This document shows positions 58,601-62,537 of a stretch of 62,537 bases of DNA, in pieces. The stretch lies in assembly GCA_964527365.1 (NCBI GenBank), contig CAZGQV010000001.1, positions 8,828 through 71,364 of the forward strand, written 5' to 3'. Position 1 is the first letter of the stretch. Each line of letters begins with the position of its first letter. Under the pieces are notes generated by a model. It was not told the DNA's origin. It ran no database searches and saw only the letters and a list, made by a program, of their open reading frames with translations. Both the position numbers and the translations under genes were made by a program. Source of the DNA: Candidatus Woesearchaeota archaeon. Lineage in GTDB: Archaea > Nanobdellota > Nanobdellia > Pacearchaeales > GW2011-AR1.

Positions 58601-58621
58601 CCTTCTCCTTTGAGTTCCTAA
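49622..58621 (+). CDS. Giant (2999 aa) secreted surface protein; Cys-rich core, two papain-like domains, LRRs
   Basis: Signal peptide; uninterrupted ORF; C..H motifs at codons 1839/1914 and 2861/2944; LRR at about 57850-57980. Confidence 0.85.
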   Translation: MRLNNKFLFGILLVFILLIGLGSAYMSSDSKFIESRTGVFQMDELMSFNTDMCQEGTDFVVQIPLLGCTPAVVRSDLLEEQDVPVFCELSAIKINPLVNIEAIDSINFAGSIYPPEVRTIGFHPSYSALGENRKLNNMMWDNIGYAVIWLRQQKNESALINCKKEGLSEICRVNGTLSAKIRYDLEGAFGLRRHSFYLPAMSDSEFSSRYGQYAFFDRKGFLRAENVDNTGASIVIYSGRNENLVGMSSSGQNDKQKVAQLNLDVGETSGDMFLPGFDCLATVKFRLDGIESPDARAKLLINSESIELKKGETFLENKCKVVDLEKIGLNQVVKLNCNDDERMGTFSLRITPSINLSVNGVSKNYKVGEKIFNTTEGKYVYLAYVSTKSVDGFETGNPLDLGAYLIAIPKNVPVLGDSELSQAANLFDSLTLEEGNFEDIASLFSGTISNFWYWMQAGSNFKYVHFNKGIKFDDKEIEILGFGEAGNVFLEEVSSEYYTSALSEYDLVSNSFSNEKYDDKTYQAEISLGERSLYGKINLANALHQKSDVRIFCEEFMGSYSETKLDLSICEDLEKMANTDISTKDVLIDGNWKRISFERIYEPSYEDYGIEINVRSKDGATNEDYKMKKDSTILLTDFIKENHVFMVESSLEVNVLHIKYSNGGWIWTPDNQNWMSVSKLIISVGESSGKSLSAKNQELFTSIKDTDFKTGSKILLRAQGTLDSIKLVEVHEDEAVLEFNLYNKSKIQTTYDFLGSKKNVLEKGVQVSFGSDYIFTLKKANIEQLAKVSVIPNINYAGSEVNFSFNIGVEKRAIQLSPEKAQNRVDKLNKTIEDWRKRSESLGDVVQTMKTACLGVGAALTVKNLIGGAGGKTIAREDVMYGSGGWYEECADKKIGDVTYSSEEDCLFKNADKIDAEVNQITAAINKQNSEIKQIQSPYTEEKLLGQNVVDTAKFIGDYSIKVNESLNWIKGADVYEGEKEIKTLDNVQKVLDGENWESGIYSVEQAKKIELYSELLKEDPENEAYKQRLLKALTDVGVNSEKHLALQNLQNNVVNSGLEKSIVRIYSGEGAKTEIYDGDVVPATDFGLMPVGKPIQSIYVDGSLHYVILNVTKENKYFIWKVYNESKLEVSKGKSDIIKSKYDYFQKYDSKSYHNAYAKDAEPKVKYYENDPYKGLPALVPFDRINGWYVYIKQTIPTGSTIRAYDDSGKVNSFWLCNVGQNGLEQFDNNLGDDICQMINLGTGQPYNQFPGLKTSEAKELVDDAQKAIYESSRLYGEGVKKATILNEQFEVGSPALDIPGIKCTDYMSPKDCKLLFNVCDPVICPNSRCDFGGAYPVPDVIQSGIIGSIALCLPNFNEGIYVPVCLTGVKAGIDGYLSIAQAYQDCLVHNLETGETIGVCDEIHSIYLCEFFWRQAFPLAKLAIPKLMGILTGQNSRGGGEYMGIEAAWENAKNSISYFTQFYATNSYKAFKARSTEEIGSAACGSFVSVAYPNGQGVLDVLTESDSPPQFNAKFDAIPFTTTTVPPINQYKVFYHIYAGNDRGAYFKVYLRGDPGGSYFQGTGFGKSVASGYIAKGEYASETVDFTAPEGYRELCVVVNDQEECGFAQVTSNFALDYIKDQYIKNQATNEDIKTEEECISGTPNVYSLLNPNIQEGVDSLIDPAIYEKGIIRICATDSPGSGSDVFDGKEGSRWEEVGYCGNEKMRCWIDTESIKDAVEFETTYNQSITELEGDVSEFLKDNNYMTPENFSLFLEKLKAEKDATKNIESINGIFEKIFMNNQNGYLHYLLGGFYGELANILHSKKVVDSKMSPSNLREKIIEYAELKVGKDCGEDCYASVKAIYDELGINAQCVYSISSSTELSQPLCSKCGCDKNEDGNCVNCPREQYELKSADLIQVYNANEVSSTGGHNFIFESWKDSKNYIANIFSQNYDTRLLEKKEYEISPIYRPVTVIWEPELKGYGESCNEGVEGTCLSTILDKDGCTTKFEPKFCEGPTHVQCCLAEEKDEFSDFEKSLDLVNPILELDNVCYNFLGGDWKWTKECDLAREGYKSIGYVGGVNIVQAKWLDTNVFKNPYGSDPTVNSKEIILLLESKKSFDEGLDLLINRAVDSRKVLSTSFVEMNRNKIFELTGFKDVEIVYFYYQNDAWYWSPDKLDSTEGGWILINEAGVRGGKISTNILGSIVNFASFDFFPDIDVTTLLLGEEDFIELFEKKDFKEGSKLLFFVNMDNLEDVIYGLGRNVVPKQDVVVGELITLEEAMKKILLLEGDYSDNKNKLLIDNMYKSGILSEEEYCDVAGKDINSKSAWSNTWNVEEDMDYVKEILIQKSLEKYNQKWIVSAILLKLNLIEKGNYFDNNVLINVWKDQGLLEEEEYAKIKENPSDDRIVYNLIKYFEGRKDLTYPAVSGESCVINPSKRNIKTTINYLESQEVDVSIVDKEVEQIYQREITREEGYNPQESTISKIERLEEERVDLTSIENKIDSIIVAERICIQENVFEEETVPEETILEEITISDKVKILQNYYQNSLKLSGKYSEGAIMDFVEDLKSERILYPVEYDDIRGVITRNEDMNYVQRLLAAKLAKIKAVSTYGKRTLSISERDSIFDNWIPSQDYLGSVPPAKCDMCKSGTFDSCSLEECYAISVFGGLDCAFYEGYFSNSCEKQNYFFGDLIVIEQEEVLVEEEEEIIQVGIAKVYQNELNIFQSFVDSNGFNFEEEFDNVVIKSNHFDKYTINNKNFVDLSGLSELTFLEELNLQNNKIMNLSPLRNLNNLIYLNVEKNCLQDENELNFYSQKLKESFLYGQNPRSDCEEEIEVCEIIPSLYEIIEDDGLSWNEKVADSTNYFLGKPVPNANKDNCFTSANAIYFAVGFGTTCKYSDLVGKNYQIRSNTIITKSSGIFVVNPSACSKAGGKIDLSQEEKLNLLKQGDMVDLVYGGHLQHTVIFNGWENKGNYDANLVDWNGGSSGNKIYREFSANLADDETPVYLIRGPSPLSS

Positions 58622-58748
58622 ATTATTTATTTAAAAATATGTAAAAGAGCAATTTTTACTTCGTGAAATCTTCTTTAAATTTATGTTGTTTGCTTATTTG
58701 AAATTTCAAAAGATGTTTGGAATTTGAACAAATCCTGTTAAAAAAACA

Positions 58749-58832
58749 TGCAAGGGACAGGATTTGAACCTGCGTAAGCATTACACTACTGGAGCCTAAA
58801 TCCAGCCCGTTTGACCACTCCGGCACCCCTGC
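58749..58832 (-). tRNA. tRNA-Leu (TAG)
   Basis: Acceptor GCAGGGG/CCCTTGC, anticodon arm CTGGA-TTTAGGC-TCCAG, long variable arm, GGTTCAAATCC. Confidence 0.96.
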
Positions 58833-58840
58833 ACATATTT

Positions 58841-58931
58841 GTGGTCAAATGGTTTATCGTTAGGTGTGAAGTCAGAGACTTTACGCCTGGCCGAATGCAA
58901 ATGAGAGCCTGACCACTCCGGCACCCCCGCA
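58841..58931 (-). other. Extra copy of the tRNA-Leu 5' end plus structured spacer
   Basis: 58910-58931 matches 58812-58833 at 21/22 nt; spacer has a 12-bp hairpin (58862-58888) and an inverted copy of the D-loop (58841-58852). Confidence 0.75.
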
Positions 58932-59022
58932 TAGGATAATAAATTGAGAAACTAAGGGTATAAAAATGTTTAGAATTTATTTTTCTGAGTTGTTATGAAA
59001 TAATATTTTGTATGAGAAAAAG

Positions 59023-59967
59023 TTATTCTCCTTTAGCAGCCTTTTTCTTCTCTTTATTTTCAGCTTCTTTTTGTTTGATTTTATCTTCTAATTTTAGCCT
59101 ATCAATTAGTTCTTTGTATCTATTTCTAATTGTAACTTCTGTAATTCCCGCAATATCTGCAACTTCTCTTTGAGTTTTCTTTTCATCATTCATTAAAGCA
59201 GCCACATAAAGTGCTGCTGCTGCAATTCCTGCTGGGCCCCTTCCCGAAGTCAATTCAACTTCGTGTGCTTTATCTAAGATATCCAATGCATCATTTTGTG
59301 TTGCTGGAGATAAATTTAATACTGAAGAAAATCTTGAAATATAATCTTTAGGAGAAGATTGTTTAACTTTTATTTTCAATTTTCTAATAATGAATCTATA
59401 AGTTCTTCCAATTTCTTTTCTTTCAACATCAGAAGCTGTTGCCATCTCATCAAGTGTTCTTGGAATGTTGTATGATCTACAAGCGGCGTATAAACAAGCC
59501 GCTATTACTGATTCCATTGAACGTCCTCTAACTAATCCTCTTTGTAAGACATAATTATAAATTCTTGATGCTTCATCTTTTACAACGTTTGGTAAATTCA
59601 AATAAGAAGCAATAACTCTTAATTCTGCCATTGCAAGTCTTAAATTCCTTTCAATAGAAGTTGAAACTCTTTCTTGCCATTTCTTTAATCTTAAAAATTT
59701 TCTTGTTTGTTTTGGTTCTAACCTGTAAATATCTGAAATTTCTCCAACATTTGTTGTTAATCCCTTGTCGAATTTTTGCATAGAAATTGGAGCTCCTCCA
59801 CGTCCTTTTTTCTCTCCTTTATCAAATTTACCAGATAAGTCAATTCCTGTATCAACCATTTTGTCTTCCACTACAAGACCACAGTCGTTACAAATTACTT
59901 CTCCAAGGTTAGAATCAAAAGTTAAATTAATTCCCCCACACTCTGGACACGCACGAATATTTGACAT
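59023..59967 (-). CDS. tfb: Transcription initiation factor IIB
   Basis: Zn ribbon CPECG..CNDCG, ERNLRLA, GLVRGRS, LTSGRGP, EVTIRNRYKEL. Confidence 0.97.
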   Translation of the reverse strand: MSNIRACPECGGINLTFDSNLGEVICNDCGLVVEDKMVDTGIDLSGKFDKGEKKGRGGAPISMQKFDKGLTTNVGEISDIYRLEPKQTRKFLRLKKWQERVSTSIERNLRLAMAELRVIASYLNLPNVVKDEASRIYNYVLQRGLVRGRSMESVIAACLYAACRSYNIPRTLDEMATASDVERKEIGRTYRFIIRKLKIKVKQSSPKDYISRFSSVLNLSPATQNDALDILDKAHEVELTSGRGPAGIAAAALYVAALMNDEKKTQREVADIAGITEVTIRNRYKELIDRLKLEDKIKQKEAENKEKKKAAKGE

Positions 59968-60080
59968 TTTATAGAATCTTCTTGATTATTTATAGTAAAG
60001 TTTATAAATGATTTTCATTTATAAAGCTTTCGTTTATGAAATTTAATTATTTTATAGACGACAAATTGATTTTTTTATAA

Positions 60081-60455
60081 TTATTCAATTAAAGATCCGT
60101 TAATGTTTCCTTCTTGAGTGGGTCTATTATTTACTTTTATTTTTCCTTTTTCAGTTTCAACAATTGTACCTTTAGTAATGATATTTTGTCTAGCAAAGAA
60201 TCTATTTGAAGGTGTTTCAAGGACATTTTTTATTTCAAGTTGTTGTTTTTTCCCTTTTATGTCAACATTTATGGTTTTACCTCTTAAGAGAAATGTTTTT
60301 TTATTTCCGCCTTGAGTTTTAACAGTTTTTCTTTTGTCTTCACCCAATTTAACAATTCTTTTTTGTCCCGTTCTTTCAAACTTTTTCTTTTTTCTTTGTT
60401 TTAGGTATTTCCCACCAGTGAGCTTTCGTCCGAGTTTCATAATGTTTGAATTCAA
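60081..60455 (-). CDS. rps8e: 30S ribosomal protein S8e
   Basis: RKLTGGKY, KTQGGNKK, LETPSNRFFARQNIITKGTIVETEKG..NRPTQEGNING. Confidence 0.95.
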   Translation of the reverse strand: MNSNIMKLGRKLTGGKYLKQRKKKKFERTGQKRIVKLGEDKRKTVKTQGGNKKTFLLRGKTINVDIKGKKQQLEIKNVLETPSNRFFARQNIITKGTIVETEKGKIKVNNRPTQEGNINGSLIE

Positions 60456-60554
60456 TTTTGATTTATAAAGTTTTGTGTTGATTATTTTTATTTTGAAATA
60501 TTTTTATTTTTCATCACAAAAAAACTTATAAACTAATTAATCACAATTAAGGTT

Positions 60555-60800
60555 ATGGTAAACGGAATTGAAAGACCCTTGGATTTGTTGAATACGTCTA
60601 AAGGTAGAGAAGTTTTAGTGCATTTGAAAGGCGACAAAGAGTTTGTAGGAACCCTCTTAGCTTTTGATATCCATATCAATTTGGTATTGGATAATGTGAA
60701 AGAAATGGAAAATGGTACTCAAAAGAAGTCATTAGGTTTGACTTTTTTACGAGGAGATACTATTATTTATATCTCTCCAGCTTCAACTGCACTTAAGTAA
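60555..60800 (+). CDS. Sm-like (Lsm/SmAP) RNA-binding protein
   Basis: RPLDLL, GTLLAFDIHINLVLD, FLRGDTIIYISP. Confidence 0.95.
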   Translation: MVNGIERPLDLLNTSKGREVLVHLKGDKEFVGTLLAFDIHINLVLDNVKEMENGTQKKSLGLTFLRGDTIIYISPASTALK

Positions 60801-60907
60801 ATTTAGCGTTTTGTCTTGTTGTTTTTCGCTGAGACAGAATTCTTTGGAATTAATGATTAGCTTTTGCTCTGAAAAAGTTTTTTAAACGCTTTTACGTACT
60901 TGGTAGT

Positions 60908-61801
60908 ATGGTAAAAGTAATTTTTTTGGGAACGAGTGCACAAATTCCTACTGCAAGGAGAAATCATTCGGCTATTTTGATTAATCATGGTGGAGAAAAC
61001 ATTTTGGTTGATTGTGGAGAAGGAACCCAAAGACAATTTCGTAAAGCCAAATTGAATCCTTGCAAAATAACCAAAATATTAATTACTCACATTCATGGAG
61101 ACCATATTTTTGGTTTGCCTGGTTTGTTATCTACTTTAAATTTCAGTGAGTATGCCAAAGAACTTCATATTTTTGGTCCAAAAGGAATCAAGAAATTTTT
61201 AGAGGGATTTTTGAATATTTCTGGAGTAAAAAGAAATTTTAATTTTAAAGTAGAAGAAATTTCTGGCAAATTTTTTGAGTCAGAAGATTTTTATTTGGAA
61301 TCAGAAAAAATGGAACATGGAATTAATACAAATGCTTATAATTTTGTTATTAAAGATAAATTGAGGATAGATAAGGATAAAATGAACAAATTAAAAATTT
61401 CTTCTGGACCTTTCTTAAAAAAATTAAAAGAAGGTAAAGATGTTTTGATTAAAGGGAAGAAAATTAAATCAAAAAATTTAACTTATTTAGAAAAAGGTAA
61501 AAAAGTTTCAATAGTCTTAGATACATTATATAATAATAAAATTGAGAAATTTGTTAAAGATGCAAATTTGTTGATTTGTGAATCTAGTTTTGGGAGTGAT
61601 TTAAAAGATTTAGCTAAAGAGCATTTACATTTGACTGCAGAACAAACTGGGAAAATTGCAAAGAAAGCTAAAGTTGATAAATTATTATTAACACATATTT
61701 CTCAAAGGTATGAGAATAATAAGAAATTTTTATTAGAAGATGCTAAGAAGAATTTTAAAGATGTTCAAATTGTAAATGATTTAGATATTTTTGAAATTTA
61801 G
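60908..61801 (+). CDS. rnz: Ribonuclease Z
   Basis: FLGTSAQIPT, DCGEGTQ, THIHGDH, CESSF, HLT, LTHISQRY. Confidence 0.96.
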   Translation: MVKVIFLGTSAQIPTARRNHSAILINHGGENILVDCGEGTQRQFRKAKLNPCKITKILITHIHGDHIFGLPGLLSTLNFSEYAKELHIFGPKGIKKFLEGFLNISGVKRNFNFKVEEISGKFFESEDFYLESEKMEHGINTNAYNFVIKDKLRIDKDKMNKLKISSGPFLKKLKEGKDVLIKGKKIKSKNLTYLEKGKKVSIVLDTLYNNKIEKFVKDANLLICESSFGSDLKDLAKEHLHLTAEQTGKIAKKAKVDKLLLTHISQRYENNKKFLLEDAKKNFKDVQIVNDLDIFEI

Positions 61802-61803
61802 AA

Positions 61804-61878
61804 TGCCCCGGACAGGATTCGAACCTGCGACTTTCAGCTTAGAAGGCTGACACTCTATCCAGACTGAGTTACCGGAGC
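61804..61878 (-). tRNA. tRNA-Arg (TCT)
   Basis: Acceptor GCTCCGG/CCGGGGC, anticodon arm TCAGC-CTTCTAA-GCTGA, GGTTCGAATCC. Confidence 0.96.
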
Positions 61879-61904
61879 AGTTATAATTAAATATTATATT
61901 TCAT

Positions 61905-62537
61905 TTAAAAGTGTTTTCTTTTGATTTTATGAAATATCTTTTTATTGGGATTAATGTTTTTTTTAGTCTTTGATTTTTTCTTAGAAGAGTGTTTTTTCTT
62001 TTTTGGATTTTTTTGTTTTATTAAAGCAATAATTGTAATAATAATAATAATACTAATGATACTTATTTTAATTATGTTCATTGTTTTATTTTCTTCAATT
62101 TTAGCTTTTTTTGCGTTTTCATTTATTTGTTCTAATTCGGTTTCATTAATTTCTGTTTGTCCAATTTCATCCATCCCGTCAACGGAAAAACCACTTATTT
62201 TTTCTTTTGGTGTTTCTAAAGAGAGAATGGTGTAAAATAATTCATCAATTATAAATGTTCCCCCAGTTATTTCTACATTTAATAAATATGTTTGGTTAAA
62301 GTAATTTAAATCTTTTATATTACAAGTTTCGGTACATTTTGATTCAAAGTTTATTGTATTTTCTATGATTGTTTCGTTTGTTTCATTAATCACAACTTCT
62401 GTTTCATTTTCTTCTATTGTTTCTTCTACTATTATTTCTTCTTCCTCTTCTGTCACAACTTCTGTTTCGTTTGTTTCATTAATCACAACTTCTGTTTCGT
62501 TTGTTTCATTAATCACAACTTCTGTTTCGTTTGTTTC
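61905..62537 (-). CDS. C-terminal part of a membrane-anchored surface protein (open at window end)
   Basis: Acidic NET-repeat stalk, C-terminal TM (ISIISIIIIITIIALI), very basic tail. Confidence 0.75.
   Translation of the reverse strand, partial: ETNETEVVINETNETEVVINETNETEVVTEEEEEIIVEETIEENETEVVINETNETIIENTINFESKCTETCNIKDLNYFNQTYLLNVEITGGTFIIDELFYTILSLETPKEKISGFSVDGMDEIGQTEINETELEQINENAKKAKIEENKTMNIIKISIISIIIIITIIALIKQKNPKKKKHSSKKKSKTKKNINPNKKIFHKIKRKHF
62453..62537. repeat. 30-bp tandem coding repeat (INETNETEVV)
   Basis: TCACAACTTCTGTTTCGTTTGTTTCATTAA x2.8, plus a further copy near 62371-62406. Confidence 0.92.

Noticed and set aside
58833-58930. Canonical intron in tRNA-Leu
   Set aside because: No register gave a full bulge-helix-bulge, and the downstream tRNA is complete without splicing; kept only as an unexplained structure.
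60801-60907. C/D-box sRNA after lsm (CTGA...TGATTA...CTGA), where rpl37e often sits
   Set aside because: No upstream C box, guide too short, motifs expected by chance in AT-rich DNA.
850-62235. Other short ORFs nested in or antisense to recognised genes (e.g. 4506, 5102, 8587, 17706, 27643, 35829, 36201, 44044, 50238, 61945)
   Set aside because: F/L/I/S-rich translations typical of the reverse strand or alternate frames of K/E-rich genes; no motifs.
1-62537. rRNA, SRP RNA, RNase P RNA, transposases, diversity-generating retroelement
   Set aside because: No long GC-rich structured tract, transposase, reverse transcriptase or template/variable repeat pair seen by eye.

Overview
AT-rich, gene-dense archaeal chromosome segment. 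It carries archaeal informational genes (TFB, aIF2-alpha, aEF-1beta, RadA, GINS, RPA, eS1, eS8, eL42, uS15, Nop10, Bud32, SRP54/FtsY, Lsm, RNase Z) and four intronless tRNAs without encoded CCA. Short or degenerate proteins and many Cys-rich surface proteins point to a DPANN archaeon, most likely Pacearchaeota/Woesearchaeota-like (inference). Main accessory content: (1) a ~15 kb type IV pilus/Tad-like locus (6.2-21.8 kb) with ATPase, platform protein, prepilin peptidase, about 10 pilin-like genes (3 tiny ones missing from the ORF track) and three paralogous membrane proteins; (2) an operon of a 612-aa pilin-like protein and a 2999-aa surface protein that seems to carry two papain-like (NlpC/P60/CHAP-like) Cys-His domains, a Cys-rich module and LRRs, a candidate host-attachment and envelope-cleaving machine; (3) a module of two divergent AbrB-like paralogs, a KaiC-like ATPase, a V4R-like protein and a wHTH; (4) a tRNA-Leu preceded by a second copy of its own 5' end and a structured spacer. 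Also present: a split Hef, several apparent pseudoenzymes, short duplications and candidate operators. No rRNA, CRISPR array, transposase or integrase was found. All product calls come from motif recognition by eye, not database searches.
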